Origin: TPA_inf: Saccharomyces
Lineage: Eukaryota
NCBI GenBank assembly: GCA_000146045.2
Contig: BK006946.2
Span: 512,001-576,000 of the forward strand
Direction of reading: 5' to 3'
Length of the DNA stretch: 64,000 nt
Position 1 is the first letter of the stretch. Each line of letters begins with the position of its first letter. The position numbers and the translations under genes are program-made. The notes under the pieces are model-generated. The model was not told where the DNA came from and searched no databases. It was given only the letters and a program-made list of their open reading frames with translations. This document shows positions 53,999 through 64,000 of the stretch, piece by piece.

Positions 53999-56182
53999 TT
54001 ATTTTGGTATCACATCATCGGAGTATTTTTCAATTCTGATTTTTTGACTGGACCCAACAAACAACTCCAATTCATCCAATTGTCCTTCCGTAGGTAAACA
54101 ACTGGAAATAGGTACACTTCTTTCTATCATCAATACAACAATGTTAGTACGAGAGACTTCCAGATCAGGTATAACGATGCCCCCAGATGGACATGTCCTA
54201 TACTCTTGACATTCATAAACACAGAGAGCTGATTCAGGCTCGAAAATATTACATCGCATCCTTAATCGTGCTGATGATTCCACGGGTACTACACGTATAA
54301 AAAGTTTGTTCGTAGAATACTTTTTGGTTGGCAAAGTCATCTGAATTTTAAGTTTGTCTGAAGTTTCCTTCCAATGGAACCTGTTGCGACAATGATATGG
54401 ATAAGTACCGTATATCAAGTTAACACTCCGTAAAGTTATTCCAGATATTAACCTCCATGAAGAGGATAACCGTATCGAGGCAAGTAATTCAAATTCCGTT
54501 GAGGCTGGAGGGCCGTAAGTTGAGCATACAATCATATATTTGACATTAGTTAAGATGGGCACGTCTTGTTTAAGGCCCTGCCCGGGCTGATAGTGGTTAT
54601 CAAACATTATTGGCTTTATCAATTCATAGTCATTAAAGTAATATACTTGGATGTTAATTAAATCATGTGAGCTAGTTGAGATACATGCGGCGTCCATAAG
54701 TACTTGATAATCTTGTTCAGAGTGAACTTCCAACTCAAAAGTCGGATTTTGAAAAAAATTACAAGTATCAAATGAGGCTTTTCCCTCTATTTCATAAGGA
54801 AAAGAGAAAAGGACTTTGGCAAAAAGACTTTTTGTATCTTTCAATCTTTGAAAACATATTTCCTTCACAACTGAGAAAGAGTGAATACTGAAATTGTTGT
54901 TTGTTGTTGAATAACAATACAATAACCTCTCAGTCTCAGCATCTAATCTCAACTTTACCAGCTGAAGTCCAATGTGATTGCCACCGCATTCTACTGGAGG
55001 TTCAATTGGACAAATTATGCATTCGGGAGCCTCATTCAAAAAGGAAACTGACCGATTTTCTTGGCTGCCTTCATCTTGCAAATGGGATTCTAGCAATAAC
55101 CATACCGTCTCTGTCACTTTAGAATTGTTTACCAGGTGAAATAAAGGTTTATCTGCAACGATAGAAAATTTATTGTAGCGTGAAGTATCGTACCGAAAAT
55201 GAAGTACCTGAGAACGTTTGAATAATTTTTCTTGGTTCCAATTAAGATAAAGTTGTTTGAAATTTTTTAAATACTGTTCATAGCTGATTTCAACATTTAG
55301 TGCCGAGTTCCTCGGATCTCGCAATTTTACTAGCCTAGAATCATATGTGATATCAATTATAGAGTAATCATGGTTCTCAACTAGGGGCTTTATCATGTCA
55401 TTGGAACGATTCCCGGTGCCAGCGCCCATCAGACATAAATTAGATTTGTGAAACTTCCATAATTTTTCGAAAGGATAGCTGTTTACTTGTGTTATCTCTG
55501 GTAAGAAGCCACTTAAGCGGTAAGTATCTATACTAATATTTGAGCCATCCGTGGAATATGTTCCTTTAGAAACAAGCAGTAATGCAAGCTCTCCAATTTT
55601 GTCCGAAATATCGTTACTCTTTAAAGAAAGTTGTTTGCCATCCACTGAGGTTGGGATCTGCGAAATATCTACTGTCACTAGCCTTTTGTTGCTTCCGTTA
55701 AAACTTAAATTGACGTGATATTTAGTTGATGATATTTGTTTAATTAGAGGGAGATTCAAGTTCTTAGACCTAAGATTAATTAGAGAAGCAACTAATGAGC
55801 AATCTGGCACATCTCGGCATTGTTCTATTCCGCCTGAATAGTCTTCTTCATTCTGTAACTTGGCTCTCCCTGGATAACGCCTTTGTAGTTCTTCAGTACC
55901 AGGTGCGCAATATTCGGTTTTATTCCAAGAAACCGGTGAGGCTTCTGAGATAGGTATAGGGGGATAAAACCTTGAATTAATAGTTGAAGTAAGCCATAAA
56001 AATCTTAATTGTTTATCTACTTTCGACACATTTTCTTTCAAAACTAAAACGGCCTCAATAAAAGTGGAATCTTCGCTTTTCATTGCCAAGCCAACCAATC
56101 TATTAATTATACTGCTTGAGTCACCTTCTGCATTACAATATATTGACTTTATCGCGGCATTGAACTCATGCCAATCATTCAT
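53999..56182 (-). CDS. RIM13: Calpain-like cysteine protease of the Rim101 pH-response pathway, 727 aa
   Basis: The first ATG (MNDWHEFNAAIKS...) gives 727 aa. A region around ...YSGGIEQCRDVPDCSLVASLINLR... is a candidate for the calpain catalytic core, unverified. Length and position match YMR154C. Confidence 0.75.
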   Translation of the reverse strand: MNDWHEFNAAIKSIYCNAEGDSSSIINRLVGLAMKSEDSTFIEAVLVLKENVSKVDKQLRFLWLTSTINSRFYPPIPISEASPVSWNKTEYCAPGTEELQRRYPGRAKLQNEEDYSGGIEQCRDVPDCSLVASLINLRSKNLNLPLIKQISSTKYHVNLSFNGSNKRLVTVDISQIPTSVDGKQLSLKSNDISDKIGELALLLVSKGTYSTDGSNISIDTYRLSGFLPEITQVNSYPFEKLWKFHKSNLCLMGAGTGNRSNDMIKPLVENHDYSIIDITYDSRLVKLRDPRNSALNVEISYEQYLKNFKQLYLNWNQEKLFKRSQVLHFRYDTSRYNKFSIVADKPLFHLVNNSKVTETVWLLLESHLQDEGSQENRSVSFLNEAPECIICPIEPPVECGGNHIGLQLVKLRLDAETERLLYCYSTTNNNFSIHSFSVVKEICFQRLKDTKSLFAKVLFSFPYEIEGKASFDTCNFFQNPTFELEVHSEQDYQVLMDAACISTSSHDLINIQVYYFNDYELIKPIMFDNHYQPGQGLKQDVPILTNVKYMIVCSTYGPPASTEFELLASIRLSSSWRLISGITLRSVNLIYGTYPYHCRNRFHWKETSDKLKIQMTLPTKKYSTNKLFIRVVPVESSARLRMRCNIFEPESALCVYECQEYRTCPSGGIVIPDLEVSRTNIVVLMIERSVPISSCLPTEGQLDELELFVGSSQKIRIEKYSDDVIPK

Positions 56183-56550
56183 TTTTGATACCACAAGGTT
56201 CTTGTCTTCGACTGAAATGGTCGAGTAACCGTTTAATAAGTTGTCTAGAGTTGATTATTGTGGTCCGTTTATGCCGACTAAAAGAACATTTAACTGTAGT
56301 ATCATAAAATCAAAAAGGGATAAATATCCGCAAGAATACAAGAAAGAAGAAGTATATATGTTTTCTTTAAAATTTCAGAGCATAACTTGAGCCATGAAAA
56401 ACCACTTCTCCTCAAGTTTATGTTGTTCCTCTATTTCCTACAGAAATATATTTACATTTGGTCGATATCGAAGATCTGGAGATAAGGTAAATAAATCCTG
56501 CGCGGTTCAAAGATACTCGATAAACAGCAACCAATGTTTCACAGAGTGCC

Positions 56551-58194
56551 ATGGTAAAGAAACACCAAAATAGTAAAATGGGTAATACAAATCACTTTGG
56601 ACATCTCAAAAGTTTTGTGGGAGGTAACGTGGTTGCCCTTGGTGCTGGAACACCTTATCTTTTCTCATTTTATGCTCCTCAGCTACTGAGCAAGTGCCAC
56701 ATACCTGTTTCTGCCTCAAGTAAGCTATCCTTCTCTTTAACAATAGGAAGCTCACTGATGGGAATTTTAGCAGGAATAGTTGTCGATCGAAGTCCTAAAC
56801 TGTCCTGTCTAATTGGTTCAATGTGTGTTTTCATCGCGTATTTGATTTTGAATTTATGCTATAAGCACGAATGGTCTAGTACTTTTCTCATATCGTTAAG
56901 TTTGGTACTCATTGGATATGGTTCTGTCTCAGGTTTTTACGCTTCTGTGAAATGTGCAAATACAAATTTTCCTCAACACAGGGGTACAGCTGGGGCATTT
57001 CCTGTGTCCCTATACGGTTTATCGGGCATGGTGTTCTCATATCTTTGCTCAAAGCTTTTTGGTGAGAACATCGAGCATGTCTTCATTTTCTTGATGGTTG
57101 CGTGTGGTTGCATGATTTTAGTAGGCTATTTCTCATTAGATATATTCTCTAATGCAGAAGGAGATGATGCTAGCATTAAGGAATGGGAGCTTCAAAAAAG
57201 CAGGGAAACAGACGATAATATAGTACCGTTATATGAGAACAGTAATGACTATATAGGTTCACCTGTGCGTTCATCATCCCCTGCTACCTATGAAACTTAT
57301 GCATTGTCAGACAATTTTCAGGAAACGTCAGAATTTTTTGCACTTGAGGATAGACAGTTATCAAATCGACCATTGTTATCACCTTCTTCCCCACACACAA
57401 AGTATGATTTCGAGGATGAGAATACCAGCAAAAATACAGTGGGCGAGAATAGCGCACAGAAAAGTATGAGATTACATGTATTCCAAAGCTTAAAATCTTC
57501 AACATTTATTGGTTACTACATAGTATTGGGTATACTACAAGGCGTGGGTTTAATGTACATATATTCTGTGGGGTTTATGGTACAAGCCCAGGTTTCTACT
57601 CCACCCTTAAATCAATTACCAATTAATGCAGAAAAAATTCAATCATTACAAGTAACTCTCCTGTCTCTTCTTTCATTTTGCGGCAGATTATCATCTGGGC
57701 CTATATCAGATTTTTTGGTCAAGAAATTCAAAGCTCAAAGACTATGGAATATTGTCATAGCATCGCTTTTGGTATTTCTTGCATCGAATAAAATATCCCA
57801 TGACTTCAGCAGCATTGAAGATCCTTCTTTAAGAGCCTCCAAATCATTCAAGAATATTTCGGTATGCTCAGCGATCTTCGGTTATTCTTTTGGCGTTCTA
57901 TTTGGTACTTTCCCCTCCATAGTAGCAGATAGATTTGGCACAAATGGGTATAGTACGCTGTGGGGTGTTTTAACGACTGGTGGTGTATTTTCAGTGAGTG
58001 TTTTTACCGATATATTAGGTAGAGATTTCAAGGCAAATACAGGAGATGATGATGGGAACTGTAAAAAGGGAGTGCTTTGCTACAGCTATACTTTTATGGT
58101 TACGAAATATTGTGCCGCTTTTAATCTTTTGTTCGTTTTGGGGATAATTGGATATACGTACTATCGAAGAAGAGCAACTGCAAATTCCCTGTAG
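56551..58194 (+). CDS. Multi-pass membrane protein (nodulin-like / MFS-like), 547 aa
   Basis: About 12 hydrophobic helices split by a central hydrophilic loop. 547 aa equals the uncharacterised YMR155W. Confidence 0.7.
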   Translation: MVKKHQNSKMGNTNHFGHLKSFVGGNVVALGAGTPYLFSFYAPQLLSKCHIPVSASSKLSFSLTIGSSLMGILAGIVVDRSPKLSCLIGSMCVFIAYLILNLCYKHEWSSTFLISLSLVLIGYGSVSGFYASVKCANTNFPQHRGTAGAFPVSLYGLSGMVFSYLCSKLFGENIEHVFIFLMVACGCMILVGYFSLDIFSNAEGDDASIKEWELQKSRETDDNIVPLYENSNDYIGSPVRSSSPATYETYALSDNFQETSEFFALEDRQLSNRPLLSPSSPHTKYDFEDENTSKNTVGENSAQKSMRLHVFQSLKSSTFIGYYIVLGILQGVGLMYIYSVGFMVQAQVSTPPLNQLPINAEKIQSLQVTLLSLLSFCGRLSSGPISDFLVKKFKAQRLWNIVIASLLVFLASNKISHDFSSIEDPSLRASKSFKNISVCSAIFGYSFGVLFGTFPSIVADRFGTNGYSTLWGVLTTGGVFSVSVFTDILGRDFKANTGDDDGNCKKGVLCYSYTFMVTKYCAAFNLLFVLGIIGYTYYRRRATANSL

Positions 58195-58299
58195 ACGGTG
58201 TCATCCTGACATTGCTTTCATATTCTTTTTCACCATCACAAATGAACATTTTAAGAAATATTACTATATACTGGTATATATTCAACATTTTACAACGGA

Positions 58300-59016
58300 C
58301 TACCCGTGAAATATTTCCTCAGGGTACTTGAATTCAACGTGCAAGTTTTCAGCAAACTTTATGTCAGAATCACTGAAGTCCTTTTTCCTCCCAGCAGCGT
58401 CACCGCAATAATATATCCAATTCAACTTGATGGGAGAAATTTGTTCTGAAACCCTGTATGCACTTTCCAGGTCCCTTTTAAAAAACTCTACCATTCCTGT
58501 CATTGGTTTTCGAACTTTTTCGAATATGTTAGGATCATTGTTATAACTTTCACCTAAGCTTGCGAATGTGATCTTACTATGATTTGCTGCAAAAGTTTTC
58601 GGCCTTTTAGGTGCTGCATATAGCCATAACCTGTGTGATAACGTTTCTCCTCTCTCATCGTTTTTGATTGCCTTTAAAAATAGCAAAATTTTATTAGTGT
58701 ACTTGGTGCAACTTTTAGAAGTTCTTGGGACGGTGATGACACCACCTTGGTTAGAAAATATGACTATGACGGCCGTGGGATCATTATCAATGATATTACA
58801 CAGGTAATCCAGGGTGGATTTCTTGGAGTTAAAATTAATAAACTGCCAATCACTTGCGCTTCTACTAAAACTTATATTGGGGGACTTTGGTTTGATAATT
58901 GTATGGTCCAGATCAAAGGCATAAACGTTTAGACCATGCTCGTCGTGATCAATGGATTGTGGAAACTTGGGCGTGAACTTAATCAGAAATGGCAGGATTG
59001 TTAATTTGTGGGACAT
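58300..59016 (-). CDS. TPP1: DNA 3'-phosphatase (HAD superfamily), 238 aa
   Basis: HAD motif I FDLDHTII, and downstream AVIVIFSNQGG. 238 aa equals YMR156C. Confidence 0.85.
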   Translation of the reverse strand: MSHKLTILPFLIKFTPKFPQSIDHDEHGLNVYAFDLDHTIIKPKSPNISFSRSASDWQFINFNSKKSTLDYLCNIIDNDPTAVIVIFSNQGGVITVPRTSKSCTKYTNKILLFLKAIKNDERGETLSHRLWLYAAPKRPKTFAANHSKITFASLGESYNNDPNIFEKVRKPMTGMVEFFKRDLESAYRVSEQISPIKLNWIYYCGDAAGRKKDFSDSDIKFAENLHVEFKYPEEIFHG

Positions 59017-59276
59017 GGGCTTTCCTTCGGTTCAGTTTTCTATGTTATCCATCTGATTTTGGGATGATTTTACAGATTAAAATCGATTTAAAGCCATACG
59101 CAAAAGAGGGGAAACGAAAGAAACGCACAGAATTCATTCACATAGATGAAGGGAACAGAAAATGAGAATGTTATATGACAGATAAGCAGCATATTCAGGA
59201 CATATATCCAGATATATATACATATAAGCTATTAACAAGGAGAAGAAACCAAAAAAAAAAAAAAAAGAAAACATCC

Positions 59277-60044
59277 TCAGATGATATCAGCTTTACCTAC
59301 AGTTTCGTAATATTTACAGACGTCAGAGCCACTCAATTTCCTCGGAACAAAGATTTTAGACACTATAGAAACCTCATTTTCAAATCTTGTTGCATCAGCA
59401 ATCGAATGAGGAAAGTTCACAACTACTAGCTTGTCACCGGTCTTGAAGTTCTCTTTGAAATATCTACCCAAAAGCATGACCAACATACCGGTCGGCAAAT
59501 TGTAAGCGTACGTGTCACACCCGTATTTTTTGTAGTATTCATTTAATAAAGCCTCATATCTATCATCCCTCAAGGTTCTGTAGTAATCGATGACCTTGAC
59601 TGGATCGACAAACTGCAGCTCATTTATATCATCGCCTTGTGATTTCTGCAGTACCTTTCTAGTTTCTTCAATGCTGGGTGATAAGGAAAACTTTATATCG
59701 ACCTCACCTTGTGGGAAGATAGCCACACGTCTTTTCAACCCTTTAACCACATTTTCGAATTCTTCTTCTGATAATGTTGTCTTCGGTTTGTTCTTATCTA
59801 AAGACTGTACTGTCTTGACAAATATCACTGTACCGATAATAGCAACAAGGAAAATTTTCTTAAATCCTGGAGCATCTATTTTATCTGATTTGTTAGACCT
59901 TTTAGTTGAGCTATCAGTTGATGAGTATCGTGCTCTCAAGAGCAATGGTGAAAATAAGGGTAATTGCTTTTGAGGCAACCCACCGCACACCTTGAAACAA
60001 TGTCGGCAGCTTGCTAGAACGCTTTTTCTCAGTGGTCGCAACAT
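59277..60044 (-). CDS. AIM36: Mitochondrial protein Aim36/Fmp39, 255 aa
   Basis: N-terminal presequence-like MLRPLRKSVLASCRHCFK... followed by a TM segment (IFLVAIIGTVIFV). 255 aa equals YMR157C. Confidence 0.7.
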   Translation of the reverse strand: MLRPLRKSVLASCRHCFKVCGGLPQKQLPLFSPLLLRARYSSTDSSTKRSNKSDKIDAPGFKKIFLVAIIGTVIFVKTVQSLDKNKPKTTLSEEEFENVVKGLKRRVAIFPQGEVDIKFSLSPSIEETRKVLQKSQGDDINELQFVDPVKVIDYYRTLRDDRYEALLNEYYKKYGCDTYAYNLPTGMLVMLLGRYFKENFKTGDKLVVVNFPHSIADATRFENEVSIVSKIFVPRKLSGSDVCKYYETVGKADII

Positions 60045-60238
60045 GTAGGTAGTCTATTTATCTGGGCTCGTTATGTATTAATCTTCCTATGGGGATTCAT
60101 TCATTTTAGCTTTACCGGCAGTCCTTACAAACCGCTTTTTGAAATTAAATCGACAAACTGAGGAAGAAGAACGGAAAAACAGAAGAAAGCCAAAGGCAAA
60201 GAAGCGACCACATACACCTTTTTTTCGATCTAAACTAA

Positions 60239-60715
<477 letters not shown>

Positions 60716-60882
60716 ATAGAACAATCACATATGACCGTATTTATACGTGTAATTAAAAAATATACGGACCATGTAAATAATAATATTATAAAATGCAGAC
60801 AATGATGATGAGTATAGTACTACAGTAACGTCCTTCATTCATTACCTTTACTAGCAGTGATAAAAAGTTTTGAAAAAAAATG

Positions 60883-60955
60883 TGCTCCAGGGGAGGTTCG
60901 AACTCTCGACCTTCAGATTATGAGACTGACGCTCTTCCTACTGAGCTACTGAAGC
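60883..60955 (-). tRNA. tM(CAU): Elongator tRNA-Met (anticodon CAU), 73 nt, no intron
   Basis: The minus strand reads GCTTCAGTAGCTCAGTAGGAAGAGCGTCAGTCTCATAATCTGAAGGTCGAGAGTTCGAACCTCCCCTGGAGCA. A-box TAGCTCAGTAGG, anticodon loop CT-CAT-AA, B-box GGTTCGAACC, 7-bp acceptor stem GCTTCAG/CTGGAGC. It matches yeast elongator tRNA-Met. Confidence 0.95.
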
Positions 60956-60959
60956 TGTC

Positions 60960-61338
60960 TGTTATGGAGGATTCTAGCATTAAATGCTTTAATACTCAAT
61001 AAAAGCAACAATGGAGAATAATTTATCAGCAACTAAATTTATAGACGAAGATCCTACGCCAAATCTTAGCTCCTTTATATTTAATATTGAAAAACATATG
61101 AATTTTAGGTTGAATCCTCAAAATGGAATTGATATTTCTACATAATAGTACTACGATTATTCTTCACTCTGTTTTATATGTGTCATTATGTTATTACATT
61201 ATCAATCCTTGCATTTCAGCTTCGTCTAACTTCCATGACAGTTTCTCATACCTTATGTCATCATCTAACACCGTACATGATAACATACTGGTAGTGTAAC
61301 TACTAGTTGATAGATGATAGTTCATTTTCATTCCAACA
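60960..61338 (-). mobile_element. Solo delta LTR (Ty1/Ty2 family, diverged) inserted directly beside the 5' end of the tRNA-Met gene
   Basis: The minus strand reads TGTTGGAATGAAAATGAACTATCATCTATCAACTAGTAGTTAC...TATCATGTACGGTGTTAGATGATGACATAAGGTATGAGAAACTGTCATGGAAGTTAGACGAAGCTGAAATGCAAGGATTGATAATGTAATA...AATAATCGTAGTACTATTATGTAGAAATATCAATTCCATTTTGAGGATTC...CCATAACA, i.e. a TG...CA-bounded element with the characteristic delta core. The boundaries are approximate. Confidence 0.8.
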
Positions 61339-61339
61339 A

Positions 61340-61560
61340 TTGTCGTTAGAGATCGCTACATAATCAACCTTTGCACTTCAGCTTCCATTAAATCTGATTA
61401 ATGCTTCTTAATCTTTAAGCCATCTTCTTGCACCATAAATAGCAATGAAACCATTTAGTCTTCTATTTTCCACTTAAAGAACCAGGTTTTTGCATTTCAG
61501 CCATCTTAAATTAGACGACGGTTTAATTTCGGTGTAGTATCATAAAATTTCGGCCATCCT
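61340..61560 (-). mobile_element. Older, degenerate delta LTR fragments
   Basis: The minus strand contains ...AGAAGATGGCTTAAAGATTAAGAAGCATTAATCAGATTTAATGGAAGCTGAAGTGCAAAGGTTGATTATGTAGCGATC, a diverged copy of the delta segment AGAAGATGACGCAAATGATGAGAAATAGTCATCTAAATTAGTGGAAGCTGAAACGCAAGGATTGATAATGTAATAGGATC. A second GGCTGAAATGCAAAAACC fragment lies nearby. Confidence 0.6.
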
Positions 61561-62475
61561 TCGACTCACGTATAATGATGGCCTCAGCGAGAGGATCAGC
61601 AACAAGTTACATCCACAATAATACGCGGAGTTATGAGATATTACAGTACCCTCCCCAAAAATATAAGGTTTACCGCAAGATCGTATCAGGAGAATGAACG
61701 GGTCTCTTAGTTTTTATCCACTATTCTTTCCACTCACGCCAATATACTAACCAATTGAAATGCTCATAACCAGAATGAACAGGCCGCATGCATTCTTTAG
61801 CCAACTTTCGATGAAAATACCCACTATGCAATGGTAAATTTCCGAAACAAAAAATTATACTTCAGTGTTCCCACAAAATAACGATATGTTTCTTTTCATT
61901 TTTCAATGAAAGCATGATTTTTTCCCTTCCAATGCCAAAATGCTAGTCCTATAAATGAAAAAAAAAGCTTTCTGCTATAAGAACAGCAAGGGGCATTTCA
62001 ACTTACACATAATAGAAGGTGAGATAAAGACCATCGTGAATCCTAATAGAAACTGCGGGTTTCTTAGGATCATGGGTCGCGCAAAACCGCCAAGTTTACC
62101 ATCAAAAAGCTACAAAGTTCAATTTACCCAATAGAATTCTAACGCCAAAGATTTGTAGTGATTCATATGAAATTTTCTTTATGCATCCAGTTATTACTAT
62201 TGAGTTTCTCTCAAGATACATTCTCCAAAAAAAAAGCCTGTTCTCGCACAAACGACCTTAAGAAAGGTTTAAAACAGCTGTCACATTACATTATAGTAGA
62301 TAAAAACACGAATGGCATTTTCTTAACTTGCAGGTGTACTCTCTATAGCATGTTTAACATATTTTCACCTCTTTATTGCAAACACTTTGGCGTTTCATAT
62401 TCTGTCCATGTATATGCACCACAATGATTTTATTTTCTTTTGTATGCATTTTGTGACGATTTGACAACTGATGCA

Positions 62476-62928
62476 TCATTTCGTTCCATCTATTTCGCTG
62501 TTCATGGCTTCTGTCTCTTTCTCTGTCTTTTTTAGCCATCTCGCAACTAGCTGGGAATGTTCTTTTTTCAGATCCGAGAGTTTTTGTTGTAAAACATTAT
62601 TTTCAATGGTTCCACTAATCAATTCGTCATTCAACCTTTCCGTATTCTTATTTTTCAACGCAATAACTTCTTTCAATCTTCGTATTTCTTGCTCCTTACT
62701 TTTCAGTTCTTTTTGTAGAATTGCCAGTGTATTCAATAAAGCATCGTCATGGCTGACAATGTTGCCACCAATGGCGCCACTATTATCTTGAAACAACTCA
62801 TTTAAATGGGCCTCCTTGTCGTTTCGATCTGTTAGTCTACGAATTAACAAATCATCCATGCTATCTGTTTGTGGATTGCTTCTTTCCTCCTTTGCTTTCT
62901 TCCTTTCTGTTATAATGAAATTGCCCAT
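62476..62928 (-). CDS. ATG16: Autophagy protein Atg16 (coiled-coil, Atg12-Atg5 complex), 150 aa
   Basis: 150-aa ORF with a C-terminal coiled-coil (LQKELKSKEQEIRRLKEVIALKNKNTERLNDELISGTIENNVLQQKLSDLKKEHSQLVARWLKK). 150 aa equals YMR159C. Confidence 0.8.
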   Translation of the reverse strand: MGNFIITERKKAKEERSNPQTDSMDDLLIRRLTDRNDKEAHLNELFQDNSGAIGGNIVSHDDALLNTLAILQKELKSKEQEIRRLKEVIALKNKNTERLNDELISGTIENNVLQQKLSDLKKEHSQLVARWLKKTEKETEAMNSEIDGTK

Positions 62929-63065
62929 GGAATATGCGCCCTTAATACAGATTCGCGCAGGTTAATAACAAAAATCAACGTTAAATAAAGGTCAACTACA
63001 AACAGAATAAGTAAAAGCGAGCAAGTGTAGTAGCAATTTAGCACAACATATAAAACGCTATTATA

Positions 63066-64000
63066 ATGGATGTTGTGCAGCAGAAACAGGATAAACAGTT
63101 GCAGCATCAAACACAAGAGCAGCAGCAGATACGAGAGGACCAGCAGGAAGTCCCACCCCAACGTCCACGACAACAAAACAGATGGAAACCCTGGTGGAAT
63201 TCCACTGCCGACGATGAGCCAAACACGGGAAGAATTGCAGAATATCCTAATGGACAAGGAAGGAGTAGTCCGACAACGGATTTTCAAGATAGCGTGAACT
63301 CGAATAATGACAATAAAGGGATATGGTCTAAAATCGCTTCTTTTGCAACATCCAGATATAGAAGTGCCCCAATTGTTGTTGATGATAATACCCGCTACTC
63401 TCAACTAAACACTGAACAAATCAACTTCTTGGAAAATGAGGCTAAGGATATAATTTCAAAAAAGTCGAAATCATGGTGTTGGTACGAAGCAATTCCACAT
63501 ATATCAAATTCATCAAACATAATTGATTCCATAGATACCCCAGGAATAATCAGTGTCTCTGGTACAGGATCAGCCAAATGCCCATTGCCATTAAACAAAT
63601 ATCCTGGGGAGGGAGGTAACCCTGGGTATAATGTATTTATTAATGATTCTTTAATCCTACCATCAGATAACCCTTTGAATTTTCTGCACGTCCAACCACT
63701 AAGAACTAAGGTATTGAATACTATCAAAAATTACTATAACTTCCCTAATGAGCAACATCTCTATTTAAGACAAAAAAAAACCGCATTACTGAAGGATAAG
63801 AGAATTATTATAATATCCGTCGTGGGGGATTTACCAGAAAAGTATGAGCAGCGCTCATTAGAATCACAAAGATCGGCTTATTATCTTTCTAGAAAATTGT
63901 CACAAAATCTAGCGCAAGAACAACCTCAAAGAGTCTTGACCCTATCGTTCCAGTGCCCACTGCATAATCAAGATTTAATACCTACATATAAAGAATGTGT
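63066..64000 (+). CDS. 5' part of a large ORF that continues past the window end (YMR160W-like); the N-terminal ~311 codons are in the window
   Basis: From ATG at 63066 the ORF reads MDVVQQKQDKQLQHQTQEQQQIREDQQEVPPQRPRQQNRWKPWWNS... and stays open to position 64000. It is not in the ORF track because it is incomplete. Its position after ATG16 suggests YMR160W. Confidence 0.6.
   Translation, partial: MDVVQQKQDKQLQHQTQEQQQIREDQQEVPPQRPRQQNRWKPWWNSTADDEPNTGRIAEYPNGQGRSSPTTDFQDSVNSNNDNKGIWSKIASFATSRYRSAPIVVDDNTRYSQLNTEQINFLENEAKDIISKKSKSWCWYEAIPHISNSSNIIDSIDTPGIISVSGTGSAKCPLPLNKYPGEGGNPGYNVFINDSLILPSDNPLNFLHVQPLRTKVLNTIKNYYNFPNEQHLYLRQKKTALLKDKRIIIISVVGDLPEKYEQRSLESQRSAYYLSRKLSQNLAQEQPQRVLTLSFQCPLHNQDLIPTYKEC

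Noticed and set aside
61560-62475. Small ORFs (62158..62427 plus strand, 89 aa; 62354..62539 minus strand, 61 aa) between the LTR remnants and ATG16
   Set aside because: Short, with no motifs, embedded in LTR-remnant and promoter sequence. They may correspond to dubious small annotated ORFs but cannot be supported from sequence alone.
62910-63404. 164-aa minus-strand ORF
   Set aside because: It overlaps the start of the large plus-strand ORF beginning at 63066 and the ATG16 promoter. Hydrophobic low-complexity translation; likely spurious.

Overview
This window reads as a well-annotated stretch of Saccharomyces cerevisiae nuclear DNA. Gene order, protein lengths and motifs match the chromosome XIII right-arm block from PKR1 (YMR123W) to the 5' end of YMR160W. 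I found no prokaryote-style or otherwise undescribed multi-gene system; the features worth a second look are regulatory, splicing and repeat structures.

Content: about 36 protein-coding genes on both strands at yeast-typical density. Four carry classic spliceosomal introns (GTATGT ... TACTAAC ... AG):
- STO1/CBC1 has a 25-nt first exon.
- REC114 has a 3'-terminal intron and a 14-codon last exon.
- RPL13B has a 4-nt first exon.
- RPS16A has a 24-nt first exon.

Other features:
- One elongator tRNA-Met (CAU) gene on the minus strand.
- Immediately beside it, a solo Ty1/Ty2-type delta LTR plus older delta remnants, a typical tRNA-associated Ty insertion hotspot.
- Two inverted Rap1 sites in the divergent RPL13B/RPS16A promoter.
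- PAC plus RRPE ribosome-biogenesis motifs upstream of ECM16 and RRB1.
- The YMR147W/YMR148W pair that is joined by cross-ORF splicing into LDO45.
- (CA)n and (TA)n microsatellites, and CAG/CAA polyglutamine tracts in EPO1 and GID8.
- An unusually GC-rich ~400-bp island upstream of GAT2.

Gene symbols are assigned from recognisable motifs plus exact or near-exact length and synteny, recalled from memory and not checked against a database. The ORF track evidently translates non-ATG starts (e.g. TTG, GTG) as M, so several annotated starts were moved to the first in-frame ATG that matches the known protein length. Exon-boundary coordinates may be off by 1 nt in places.
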